A DNA stretch of 64,000 bases. Source: an uncultured delta proteobacterium. GTDB taxonomy: Bacteria; Desulfobacterota; RBG-13-43-22. Below the pieces are notes generated by a model that worked only from the letters and a program-made list of their open reading frames with translations, was not told the origin of the DNA and ran no database searches. How positions within the stretch are numbered: position 1 is the stretch's first letter; the number at the start of each line of letters is the position of its first letter. The position numbers and the translations under genes are program-made. Positions 29,884-39,784 of the stretch are shown here, piece by piece. The stretch covers positions 74,162 to 138,161 of the forward strand of contig CAWIRY010000115.1 of assembly GCA_963838485.1 (NCBI GenBank). Reading direction: 5' to 3'.

Positions 29884-30390
29884 ATGGAATCCAAAGACCC
29901 AGAGATTCGCCGGGAAAAGGTATTTGTATCCCCGGAAATGTCAGTAAAAGAAATATCAGAAAAATATGGTGTCTGCCCAAGCACAGCTAACCTTTCCCGA
30001 AAGAGAGGGTGGCTCATCAAGAATTACAGCAGAAAGCAGATCATCATTGATCGAGAACATTTTCACGGACCCAGTGCATATAGCATCGCCCGCCAGGTCT
30101 ATTTCAAAAATTTTTCTAATAATCCTGTTGCCCAGTCCATAAAAGAGGATCTGATTCAGGAAGCCGTTACCCTGATGTTCATGCAGAGTGGTAAGGTAAG
30201 AGAAGGCGCCTCTGAAAAATACAACGATAAATATGGATGGTGGTGGTGCGCCCATAATGCTCAACTTTCATACTTGAAAACTTGGATCAGACAGACCCGA
30301 TATGACGTAGAGCTTCAGGATGAAATCCACCCTTATATGACTTATGGAAACAGGAGATATTCGCCGGAGTTTGGCTGGATTCATTGTTGA
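29884..30390 (+). CDS. Hypothetical HTH protein with sigma-region-2-like segment
   Basis: MSVKEISEKYGVCPSTA; IKEDLIQEAVTLMF; RBS GGAGG. Confidence 0.6.
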   Translation: MESKDPEIRREKVFVSPEMSVKEISEKYGVCPSTANLSRKRGWLIKNYSRKQIIIDREHFHGPSAYSIARQVYFKNFSNNPVAQSIKEDLIQEAVTLMFMQSGKVREGASEKYNDKYGWWWCAHNAQLSYLKTWIRQTRYDVELQDEIHPYMTYGNRRYSPEFGWIHC

Positions 30391-30698
30391 TAAGGAAATG
30401 AGGGGAGGTTCAAGGGTTCCAGGGAGTCTTGGGGATGGGGAAATAAACCAGAGGGACAGCATGCACTGGATGGAAGGATAATTGAAGGGGGTATCTTTCC
30501 ACCTGGTGTGTGTTATCCCTCTGTCTCGGGAAGGGAAAATAATATTATTATGGTTTCCGTTTATCATGATTTTTTTTACTTGGCAAATTATCATATGGAC
30601 TGGATTTGAACCGGGACAGATAGGTTCATAAAATCCCTTGACTTTTTCCAGAAAGCAGGTAGATAATCCTATAAAAATTATAGAAATTTTCTTGTTGG

Positions 30699-30769
30699 TA
30701 ACCTTTAAACAGGGAGTTCCAATGGAAGAATAATAGATCCCATTTCTCAAGAGAGAAGTGGGTTTTTTT
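30699..30769 (+). ncRNA. Copy of recurrent leader/terminator motif downstream of TTGACT..GATAAT promoter-like sequence (30638-30667)
   Basis: AACCTTT..GGGAG TTCCAATGGAA GAATAATAGA CCCATTTCTC-AAGA-GAGAAGTGGG T7. Confidence 0.5.
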
Positions 30770-30806
30770 ATTCCGCAATATTAGAAATAGTAAGGCAGGG
30801 AATCCA

Positions 30807-31403
30807 ATGAAAAAATGTCCGTATTGCGCTGAAGAGATTCAGGAGGAAGCTATCAAATGTAAGCATTGTGGGGAATGGCTTCAAAGCGACAAATCGCATA
30901 TTAGGTTAGAATCACAGCCGGTAACTCTATCAAGTAGCCTGGGTAATAATGAACCTATATATCCAACGATTATCAGGAGGTACTTATCAACGTTTATTGA
31001 TGGCATGCTCATTCTTGGTGTATTCATTCTATCTTCCTACCTTTTCTCAGAGGATACAAATCTTGATAAGATATTACGGCTTTGGACGATCCTTGTTATG
31101 ATTTTTATATACGAACCTTTTTGCACCAGTAAACTTTGCACTCTGGGTCAAAAGCTCATAGGAATAAGAGTTAGAACAGTCTCAAAACTTGAAAGGATAT
31201 CTTTGGGTCAGGCATACATGAGAATAGTTGTCAAGGTGTTCCTCGGTTTTATTTCCTTCTTTTCGATAATTTTTTCAAAAAGAAGGCGTGCGATCCATGA
31301 TTTTGTCTCGGGTACGATAGTTGTGAAAGCTGAAAGCATTTTAGCTATTCCACTGATGCAGCCCACTGATTCTAGGGCATGCCGTCCACCTGCATTATGT
31401 TGA
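30807..31403 (+). CDS. RDD-family membrane protein with N-terminal zinc ribbon
   Basis: CPYCAEEIQ..AIKCKHCGE; RRYLSTFID, TLGQKLIGIRV, RRAIHDFVSGT. Confidence 0.85.
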   Translation: MKKCPYCAEEIQEEAIKCKHCGEWLQSDKSHIRLESQPVTLSSSLGNNEPIYPTIIRRYLSTFIDGMLILGVFILSSYLFSEDTNLDKILRLWTILVMIFIYEPFCTSKLCTLGQKLIGIRVRTVSKLERISLGQAYMRIVVKVFLGFISFFSIIFSKRRRAIHDFVSGTIVVKAESILAIPLMQPTDSRACRPPALC

Positions 31404-31437
31404 CGGCCATTGGCAAATATGCGGGATAAAGTGTACA

Positions 31438-32183
31438 GTAGAGTAGGGAACTGGCGCCTGGCTGGAGCCGCTTTTGATCTTTTGGATGCACGCATCTACT
31501 AAGAACTATAACGGTCAGGGGTTTCCAGCTCCCCCTCGTCAAACCGTACGGTCGGTTTTCCCGAATACGGCTTTCCAATCATCTTCTTCCAAAGGCATTC
31601 GCTTTCGCTTGGCCTTCTGGTATATCTTCCACCGGAGTTTTCGGAACACACATGGAGTTTATAGCGTTGCCGCAATCTCCTTTCCTTCCCTCCTTCAGAA
31701 GCATGATGAAGGTATTGCCCCTTCCCTCTCTCAAGGTTATGTTGTCCTTGGGATGCAAGCGGTACTATTGGCAACTCCGACTCCCTCGCCGACCCGGTAA
31801 AATTTCGTTTCCTTATATTTACCAGTTGCTGCTTCCGCAGCATCGGCAAGGGTCTCCCGTGTTCATTGTCGTATGGCTTCCCCTGCGTGTCACCCCTGTT
31901 ACCCCGGAAGCTCATCTATCGGTTATGGTAGTTACTGTTAGGATAGATGCACCGGTCTTCCCCTGTGTAGGAGAGGGTCGACAACTCCATTGTAATTTTC
32001 GAGGCTACATCCAGGTTCGCTTGCGCTGCAACCCGCAGATTTGCCCAGCTTCCTTAAGAAGCCTTTGTCAGGGAACTTAGTGCTTCAGGTTACCCTTAAC
32101 ACCTCCCTCAAGCTACGTGGGCGAACTGCCGAACTCCCACAGTCGGACTTTAACCGACCAGTCATACGTTTTACACGGCATAC
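31438..32183 (-). mobile_element. Group II intron with internally deleted RT/maturase ORF
   Basis: 5' GTATG, domain V GAAAGCCGTATTCGGGAAAACCGACCGTACGGTTTG, 3' CCCTACTCTAC; EBS1 loop CCTACA matches exon TGTAGG. Confidence 0.85.
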
Positions 32184-32308
32184 CCTACAACTATGGATCG
32201 GTGGGATGTGCTTAAATTGTGAATTAATATTTGAAATGTGCAAAGAGGGCAGGGCCATTTCAGACCCTGCCATGATTGGTATCCTGTGATTCAATGCCTG
32301 CAAATGAA

Positions 32309-33118
32309 TTACTGATTAAAAGTAAGAATATGGTGGCCGAAATTACCTGATTGATCGGCAGCTAAGATTTGAAGTTTCACCTCATCAAAGCCTGCTGGCG
32401 GAGTTGTCCTGCCTTCGAATAGACTTGGCTTTCCGGCATATTTCAAATTGAATTTTTCTGAAACCTGATTTCCGGAAAGCCATTGTCCCCATATTTCAAA
32501 TTTGTTCGAGTCCCAGAGACCTCCGGGAGTGATGTGGCACCCTCAAAGCATCCCGATTTCAACCATCACATCAACTTCTTCTCCCTTTTTTAATGGAATC
32601 TTAGAAGCAGGGGATACAATATTTACGATCAAACCACGCAACTGAATGATCACCCCCTCACCTAAAATGTGTTTCCCAGGGATAAGGGTAAGCGTCATTG
32701 AACCTTTCTGGATGGCATGAGGATAGGCAAGAGGAGCCTTAGCGGAGATCTCCACCTGAGTTGGCTTATCTAAAAAAAGCTCGGCCTGGTAAAAAGCAGC
32801 TCCAGGAGTCCCATAGAGGGGTTCCCCTCGTTTGTGCGGTCGAATCATAATTTGGTCTGTATTGCCCGTTCCCCCTTCCTGTTTCCCTTCTGCAAGGATT
32901 TCTTCATTCTCCAGATTCTTGATTTGGACAAGCGCTCCCCCGACGCTCGATCCAATCACTTTAGCATCCCACGAAACAACCCGAACAATTACCTTAGTCG
33001 AAATCTTTTCAGCAGAAAAAGACGGATGAACAAAAGAAATAAAAAGAAAGGTTCCTGTGAGGATCGTAATAAAGAATAAGAACAATATCAACTTTCTCAT
33101 CTTAGTGCCTCCTTTCAT
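32309..33118 (-). CDS. Exported protein with in-frame UGA (32543-32545), putative selenoprotein (MLUGC)
   Basis: frame continues 77 sense codons after TGA (GCHITPGGLWD...GNFG) to TAA; hairpin TCCCGGA-GGTC-TCTGGGA 14-32 nt after UGA. Confidence 0.75.
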
Positions 33119-33255
33119 CCCCCCAAATTGAAGTAACCGCTTTCCCTCGAAAAAGGCCCATCATCCCAAATTTCTCTCCTTCACCTACAAGTCCTCGACA
33201 TTAGAATGTGCTTGAATCAACGATTACGACTTGAACTCAACAAGCCGCCCCACGG

Positions 33256-33586
33256 TCAGATCGCAGTTTCGCCGGTCCTTATTCTGATCACTTGATCGAG
33301 GGTCGAGACGAATATATTTCCGTCGCCTATCTTGCCGGTCTCGGCCTTTTCCTGGATTGTTCTAACGACCTTTTCGACGAGGTTGTTTTCAGTGATCACT
33401 TCAAGCCTTACCTTCGGGATAAAGTCGACGTCGTTTTTGGCGGCGCGGTAAAACTCGATGTGGCCTTCTTTTCTTCCGAACCAATTCACCTTGGTCACCG
33501 CTATCCCTTGGATACCGATCTCGTTCAAGGCATCTTTGACTTCATCGAGCTTAAAGAGCTTGATGGTTGCTTCTATCCTTTTTATT
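33256..33586 (-). pseudogene. glnB: Degenerate P-II nitrogen regulator
   Basis: (I)KRIEATIKLFKLDEVKDAL..TGKIGDGNIFV..VIRIRTGE; start codon is ATA and T-loop Tyr is lost. Confidence 0.7.
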
Positions 33587-33675
33587 TTTTAATTTTCTAT
33601 GGTTTTCGATTTGAGAAAATTTTACTTTCCACTATAATTTTCAATCTGTCAGCGGTTGACTTTGCGAATGCTGGA

Positions 33676-34106
33676 ATCCGGGTTGGCCGTGATCGCCAGC
33701 TAAAGACCTCTTTGGTCCTGGAGGCCCTGCGGATGGCCTATTGGCGCCAGAAACCGACTCCGGGATTGATTTATCATTCCGATCGGGGCTTTCAATATGC
33801 CGCCGGTGACTATCAACGCCAACTGGAAATTTTCCACATGATCCCCAGTATGAGCCGCAAAGGGGACTGCTATGACAACGCGGTAGCCGAAAGTTTTTTT
33901 CATACCCTATAAACCGAAGAGGTTGGAGATCAGGCATACTCGTCCCGGGAAGAGGGCCAGCGTGCGGTTATCGATTATATCGAGATGTTTTATAACAGCC
34001 GCCGCCTCACTCCTTCCTGGGGCATGTCTCCCCCAATGATTTTGAAAAAAAGTTAACCTTGTCTATGGTTGCTTAACCGGGTGTCCGTTTTCTCTTGTCC
34101 AGATCA
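33676..34106 (+). pseudogene. IS3-family transposase remnant with right end
   Basis: YHSDRGFQY, SMSRKGDCYDNAVAESFF, internal stop/frameshift, YIEMFYN, ends ..GTGTCCGTTTT..CCAGATCA. Confidence 0.8.
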
Positions 34107-34756
34107 GAGAAAAGTTTTAACCTCCATGATTGACAAAAATTTGTCATGTTTTTGATAGGGAATGGATTATTTCCTGGAGTCTTACGGTTGACCAGGTGTG
34201 AGCAGGTGAGCGAAAAATGAATGGAGCTATCCTTTTAAAATGACTTGAAACAGCTTAATGCCCACTTCCGGATAGTTCTTCTTGACTCCTGGTTTTTCGA
34301 CGATCGAATGTTTAAAAACAAACAAGCCTCCACAAGGATTTTATTCTCTCATGGAGCCTTCGTATTGGATGTTGCCGAAACTCCAACTTCATAAGAGACT
34401 CCATCAAGTATAAGGTTAGGTTGTGAGACACGCCAAAGCCCAGGCTATTCAACCTGGGCTTTTCTTTTGCTCTTTCCATTAACCCTAAAAATCACTTAGG
34501 AGGAAGGGTATAGGTCATAGTGTATTCGCCAATTGTCCTAAAACCTATTTTCCTTTTTTCAGGAGGAAGGAAATTGAGGGTGCCCGTTACTCTTCCTTTG
34601 ATCCCTTGGAATCGACCCATTCCATGAATGATTTCAGAAACCTGTTTGGCCATTAAATCACCGCTACTCGTACCTTTAGTATAGCTTGTGGTTGTTGATT
34701 CATCCTTAAAAGTCGTCGTTACATATTGGGAAAAAGGTCAGAATCAACGGGCTCTT

Positions 34757-35224
34757 TCATCTTCCGCTACTACTATCCGGTTTAGAAAGGGTTCGAATAT
34801 AGGCAATTAGGGTAGTAAGATCCTGGGTCTTAAAAAGACCGCCCCATGAGGGCATAAGTGAAGAGAGGCCGTGCGCGGCGCCTCCGTCTCTAATAACCCC
34901 TTTGATTTGTTCATCAGACAACTTGGCTATGAAAGTCGGATCGGCTAATTTTGCGGGCGGAGTGGCCAACATGTAAGCATTAAAACCATCCCCATTTCCA
35001 GTGGCGCCGTGGCAAAGGACACAATAATAGTCATACAAGACCTTTCCCTTTTGTTCGACAGAGGTGAGTTTGGATTGTTTTTGCGGAAGTAAAAATCTTG
35101 ATTTTTCTTCTTTGGTTGGAGGCCCTTGAGAAGAGGGTTTTTGGCATTCTCCCTGGATATCCAGGATGAAAAGAATCAAGGCACTGACCAATATCATGAG
35201 GGATAAATATTTTGTCATACCCAT
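34757..35224 (-). CDS. Monoheme class I cytochrome c
   Basis: signal/TM, CVLCH, LMPSW. Confidence 0.88.
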   Translation of the reverse strand: MGMTKYLSLMILVSALILFILDIQGECQKPSSQGPPTKEEKSRFLLPQKQSKLTSVEQKGKVLYDYYCVLCHGATGNGDGFNAYMLATPPAKLADPTFIAKLSDEQIKGVIRDGGAAHGLSSLMPSWGGLFKTQDLTTLIAYIRTLSKPDSSSGR

Positions 35225-35234
35225 TCCTTTTCCT

Positions 35235-37199
35235 TTACTTGGGAGAAGCCAAAAAGGCCGCCATGGCTTCGACTTCCTTATCGGACAGTTTATAAACCGG
35301 CTCCACCGAGCGTTTTACAAAGGCCTTGGGATTTCGTAGATAATAGAGGATCCATTCGATCCTCAATCTGTCCCTGACCTTGGTCAGGTCCGGTCCGACA
35401 AGTCCGCCTTTTTGATTAATCTGATGACAGGCCTGGCAGGCGTATTTTTGGTGGTAAAGGATTTTACCGGCCTGGATGAGACCTGGATCACGAAAGGCGG
35501 CCCCTTTGATCTTGCCGCTCAGGTCCTCCACCCGGTCATCTACCAGGGTCGTATCAAAATAGGCATAGAGGATTTCGATTTCCGAATTCTGGATTTTGAA
35601 TTGGGGCATACGCTCCACCAGGATGGGCCGGATGGTATCGGGGGCCTTCATAAATTTCTCCAGCCAGGTCTTCTTGACCCGGCTCCCTTCCTGGGTCAGG
35701 TCGGTGGCCATTTCCCCGCCCTTTCCAAGGATTTTATGGCAGGTGAAACAGCGGTACTTGTCCAGGACCCTCCCGAATTTTCCCTGAGGGGCGTAGGTCG
35801 AAGGTCTCTCTCCCAAAGGCAGGGTATAGGCTGCCGGGACCTCCTGGCCTTTCATTCCCAACAGGAAGGTGGTTACTGCCTCGGCTTCCCGGTCGCTGAA
35901 GGAATAATCGGGCATCTTTAAATCCGCTTTGAAGAGCCTGGGGTTTTTCATCTTGTTGTACAGCCAGTTGGGAACGGTCCGATCCTTGGGGGCTACTGGG
36001 ATAAGACCAAAATCCAGATGGCTGATATGGATTGCCCCGATGGTGGTCAACTCCAATCCGATTTCCCCGCGATCCTTAACGCCTTCTATCTTGGTATGGC
36101 AGCCTGTACAACCCTGTTTTTCGATCAGTTCCTTGCCCCGTTGTTTGCTGCCCCCCTGGACCAACCGGGCCTGACTGGCAGCCTGGGTTTCATCCAATTC
36201 CAAATCGATATATTGATTGACCAGAAAGGTGACGATCTTTCGGATTTCCTGGTCGGAAAAACTATAGATGGGCATTTGTGAAGAAGCCCAGAGCTCATGG
36301 GGGTTTTTGATGATCCGGATAAGCCTTTCCGGGACCAGCTTGGAGGAGATCTTGCTCAACTCGGGTCCTATGGTGCCCCCTTTACCTTCCACGGAATGAC
36401 AACTGACGCAACGGGAATCGCCGAAGATTTTTTTACCCTCTTCGATCGATCCGCCCAACTCGACGCCAGTTGGTTTGCCCCCTTGAAAGAGAAGGGCGGC
36501 CACATCCGCCGCTTGTTGCGAGGAAAATTTCGGGTTGGGCATTTTCGTCCGGGGGAGATAGCTTCTGGGATTTAAGACCCAGCGATAAAGCCAATCTGGT
36601 TTGACCCTTTGACTCATCCGGTCCAGCGGAGGCCCCACTATGATTCTTTCTTTTCCCCTGACCAGGTGACAGCCCCGGCAGCCGTGATCCTGGAAAATGG
36701 CCCTTCCTTTGGCCAGGACCGGTGCCTGGTCCTGGATGAAATCGCCATGGCACAGTCCGCAGGAGTTCTCCATAAAGACCTGGTTGTAGAGGGCCTGATT
36801 CCAATTTTCCACCGGCCCGTGGGCGTCCTGCAAGGGAGTGGCCAAGCCCTGACCCCCATGGCAGATAGTGCAGCCGAATTTTTCGAAATCGTGGCCGCCG
36901 ATATCGGGATGGGACTGGAAGGGCTGAGGGGCATTTTGGAATCTCGGGTCATCCATCCCAAGATGGCAGGTCTCGCAGCGATCGGTTTTTTTTAATTTTT
37001 CGATCCACCGCTGGCGAACCCCGAACTGAAAGTCCGGGCTTTTACCGGTCAGGGTGGCCTTTTGGATTAGGAGTTTTTTAAACTGCTTCTGATAGGTCCG
37101 ATAGGAAGGGTTTGAGTTTTTCCAGACCTGTCCGATAAAAAGGAGAAAGACTAATAGGGCTAAAAATGGAAATATTTTTTGGAATAGGTCTTTCATCAC
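35235..37199 (-). CDS. Membrane-anchored octaheme cytochrome c
   Basis: 8 CxxCH motifs (CETCH, CTICH, CGLCH, CRGCH, CVSCH, CTGCH, CFTCH, CQACH). Confidence 0.9.
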   Translation of the reverse strand: MMKDLFQKIFPFLALLVFLLFIGQVWKNSNPSYRTYQKQFKKLLIQKATLTGKSPDFQFGVRQRWIEKLKKTDRCETCHLGMDDPRFQNAPQPFQSHPDIGGHDFEKFGCTICHGGQGLATPLQDAHGPVENWNQALYNQVFMENSCGLCHGDFIQDQAPVLAKGRAIFQDHGCRGCHLVRGKERIIVGPPLDRMSQRVKPDWLYRWVLNPRSYLPRTKMPNPKFSSQQAADVAALLFQGGKPTGVELGGSIEEGKKIFGDSRCVSCHSVEGKGGTIGPELSKISSKLVPERLIRIIKNPHELWASSQMPIYSFSDQEIRKIVTFLVNQYIDLELDETQAASQARLVQGGSKQRGKELIEKQGCTGCHTKIEGVKDRGEIGLELTTIGAIHISHLDFGLIPVAPKDRTVPNWLYNKMKNPRLFKADLKMPDYSFSDREAEAVTTFLLGMKGQEVPAAYTLPLGERPSTYAPQGKFGRVLDKYRCFTCHKILGKGGEMATDLTQEGSRVKKTWLEKFMKAPDTIRPILVERMPQFKIQNSEIEILYAYFDTTLVDDRVEDLSGKIKGAAFRDPGLIQAGKILYHQKYACQACHQINQKGGLVGPDLTKVRDRLRIEWILYYLRNPKAFVKRSVEPVYKLSDKEVEAMAAFLASPK

Positions 37200-37227
37200 T
37201 ATTACCTTTTTTAACGACTGGAAGAAC

Positions 37228-38358
37228 TCAATGGGTGGGCCAAGACTGCCATGGCCAATAAAAGACCCAGCCCGGCCCCCTCAGGAACTGACCAATGATA
37301 ATCAGACCCAGGTATACCGTGACGGCCGCGGTAAAAAGGATATTGGCCCGTCTGCGGCTGGGGTGAAACCAGACCCCGATCCCTTCCCCACCCCGATCGA
37401 AATAGGGGATCAGGATTATCAGGACGATCATGATATTGGGAACCAGGACTCCAAAAAAGAAAGGAGCCCCCCAGGACAAAAGTTCTTGCATACCCACCAG
37501 AAACCAGGGGGCTTTTACCGGACTGGGTGTTACCGAAGGATTGGCCGCTTCTTCCAAGGGGGCGTTAAATAAAAGGGATATCCCCATGACGATGGCCAGG
37601 ACCAGGAGGAATTTGGACAGCTCTCTAACGACGATATCCTGCCAGCGGTGCTCCGGATCGGAAGGGGCCTGGGGATTTTGGCCTTCCTGGAAATCCAGGT
37701 GTCCGCCCCAGAGGGCCCAGGCAAAAAAGTCGTCCTTGCGGATCCGCCAAAAATGAACGCCCATGAGCAATCCGATCACCAGAGGAATGATTTTAACATG
37801 CATCCCGTAAGCATGGGCCAGGGCGTTTTGCCCCACCTCGTTTCCGCCCAGGATCAGATATTTGAGCTTTGCTCCGATAACCGGCGCCGAGGTGACTACA
37901 TTGGAGGTAATGGTCATAGCCCAATAGCCCTTCTGGTCCCAGGGCAGGATGTAACCGGTTATAGCCATGACTATTGTGCAGAGAAATAGGAGCAGCCCGG
38001 TCACCCAATTGAATTCCCGGGGTTCCCGGTATTCGGCCGTAAAAAAAACGCGGGACATGTGCAGAAAGACCGATAAAAGCATCAGGTAAGCGGCAAAGCG
38101 GTGCATGTTGCGGAAGATCAGGCCGAAGCTGACCACGTATTCCAGGTCCTTGATCCCCTGGTAAGCCCTTTCGGTGTCGGGGGTGTAATAGAACATGAGC
38201 AGGACCCCTGTTATGGTCAGGATGATGAAGAGATAGAAATTAATCAGGCCCAGGCCCAAGATTTTGGTCTTCAGCCACTGATTAACGGGAATTTCTTTTC
38301 GGACGACGGATTTCCAAAAACGGTTCTGGAAGAGGAGATCGTTTATGTCGGTCCTCAT
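37228..38358 (-). CDS. Cytochrome b of Rieske/cytochrome b complex
   Basis: RNMH..LHMSRVF, GYILPWDQKGYWA, MH..VHFW, KAPWF (PEWY equivalent). Confidence 0.92.
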   Translation of the reverse strand: MRTDINDLLFQNRFWKSVVRKEIPVNQWLKTKILGLGLINFYLFIILTITGVLLMFYYTPDTERAYQGIKDLEYVVSFGLIFRNMHRFAAYLMLLSVFLHMSRVFFTAEYREPREFNWVTGLLLFLCTIVMAITGYILPWDQKGYWAMTITSNVVTSAPVIGAKLKYLILGGNEVGQNALAHAYGMHVKIIPLVIGLLMGVHFWRIRKDDFFAWALWGGHLDFQEGQNPQAPSDPEHRWQDIVVRELSKFLLVLAIVMGISLLFNAPLEEAANPSVTPSPVKAPWFLVGMQELLSWGAPFFFGVLVPNIMIVLIILIPYFDRGGEGIGVWFHPSRRRANILFTAAVTVYLGLIIIGQFLRGPGWVFYWPWQSWPTH

Positions 38359-38396
38359 GATCCGGGGTCTCCTTGGAAACGCTTCAGCCTTGGCCT

Positions 38397-38855
38397 TTAG
38401 ACCGAAAGGGTTTTTTGGAAAGGTACTAATCGACTCTCATCCACCTGGAGCCGACCGTCCGCGGTTAAAGTGACTTCATACCAGGGAAGGGGGTTTTGGG
38501 CCGGACCAACGGTTACCTGTCCCCGGGCATTAAACAGGCTGCCGTGGCAGGGACACTCAAACCGGTTACGCTCGGCCGACCATTGAACTGAACATCCCAG
38601 ATGGGTGCAGACGGCTGAGACGACCTTGATGAGATTTCCTTGGCGGATGACGAAGATCCTTTTGTCATCAAGATAATCCACGCCCTCAGGGTAGTCGTCG
38701 GGCCTGTCGATCTTGAAGATCTTGGGAGGCTCGTAAAGGACGTTGGGAATCACATAGCGGACGGAGGCTCCGGCCAGGCCTCCAAAGGTCCCTAAGGTGG
38801 CCAGCCAGCCGATACGATTCAAAATATCCCGCCTGGTGTATTTCTTATCGCTCAT
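38397..38855 (-). CDS. Rieske 2Fe-2S subunit (Tat signal)
   Basis: TRRDIL, CTHLGC, CPCHGS. Confidence 0.93.
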   Translation of the reverse strand: MSDKKYTRRDILNRIGWLATLGTFGGLAGASVRYVIPNVLYEPPKIFKIDRPDDYPEGVDYLDDKRIFVIRQGNLIKVVSAVCTHLGCSVQWSAERNRFECPCHGSLFNARGQVTVGPAQNPLPWYEVTLTADGRLQVDESRLVPFQKTLSV

Positions 38856-38895
38856 GTCTATCTCACGGCCCCAGCCTTGGGGCGGAATCGCTTTC

Positions 38896-39019
38896 TTAGC
38901 GCTTTATCAGGGCCACCAGGATTTCGGCAAGGACCAGCAGAAACACTCCTAACGCGCCCGCCGCCGATAACCACAATCAGCATTTCCTTGGGCAAACTAT
39001 AATCTTCCTGATTATCCAT
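38896..39019 (-). CDS. Small single-TM protein (~40 aa, one-base frameshift)
   Basis: MDNQEDYSLPKEMLIVVI/..GALGVFLLVLAEILVALIKR* after removing one G. Confidence 0.45.
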
Positions 39020-39061
39020 TTTGAGACTCGGCCTCATTTAATTATTTTTTGTCCGAAATTT

Positions 39062-39775
39062 TCAAAATACTCGGCTTCTCTGGTATATTCTGGAAGTCAA
39101 CTTGCCGGTTATAACTTCAAAGTCTGGTTTCTCTCGAAGACGATGGACCCAACCTGTTTTAAAGTCAGGCCACCAATATAAGCGATATGTCCCCGGGGGA
39201 ACTTTTTCAAAAACGTACCTTCCCTTAGCATCCGTTTGCGTATTCAGTGAAATCCCTTGATCTGTTTCATAAGATTCTTTATCGTCTCTCGAAAGCATTT
39301 TTTTAACAGAAGCCAGTGAAACACCGGTATAGTTTTCGAGTTCGATCTTAACCTTTCCGTTGACCAAAGGCTTCCCCTGCCAGAGAATAACACCCTGCAC
39401 GCTCCCCAATTCTTCCTGTAAAAGTTGTTCGTGGAGGTCCCCTTTTTTGGCAGATTTAGGCGGGGTAGGTGATGAACTACCAGTCCCCTTGCTCTCTTCC
39501 TGCATTATTTCGGGTCGGGGAAGCGGGATCGGTGAGAGTCCGGTCTGCTTGGGTTCGGCTTGCTTTTTCTCGAGACGTTCGATCCTTTTTTCAAGCTGTT
39601 CAAGTTTCTCTAATATTAGTTGTGTGTCCGATTTCTGAGCTCCTTTATCTTTTAAACCAATCTCATCTCCAAGGCAGTAGGTCGGAGACAACCACGCCGT
39701 CATCAAAACGACCAGCCCCATCAGACTCATGAGTCGTCCGGCACCTTTGCGGATGATCGTTCCCGACATCTTCAT
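39062..39775 (-). CDS. Exported coiled-coil + carboxypeptidase-regulatory-like domain protein
   Basis: signal peptide, LEQLEKRIERLEK, TDAKGRYVFEKVPPGTY. Confidence 0.7.
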   Translation of the reverse strand: MKMSGTIIRKGAGRLMSLMGLVVLMTAWLSPTYCLGDEIGLKDKGAQKSDTQLILEKLEQLEKRIERLEKKQAEPKQTGLSPIPLPRPEIMQEESKGTGSSSPTPPKSAKKGDLHEQLLQEELGSVQGVILWQGKPLVNGKVKIELENYTGVSLASVKKMLSRDDKESYETDQGISLNTQTDAKGRYVFEKVPPGTYRLYWWPDFKTGWVHRLREKPDFEVITGKLTSRIYQRSRVF

Positions 39776-39784
39776 ATCCTTATC

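Noticed and set aside
31438-32183. Retron or DGR component
   Set aside because: No reverse transcriptase or TR/VR pair seen in the window; sequence fits group II intron domains
31372-32303. Several short ORFs on both strands
   Set aside because: They are translations of group II intron RNA
33292-33912. 206-aa plus-strand ORF
   Set aside because: Chimera of antisense P-II sequence and an IS3 fragment
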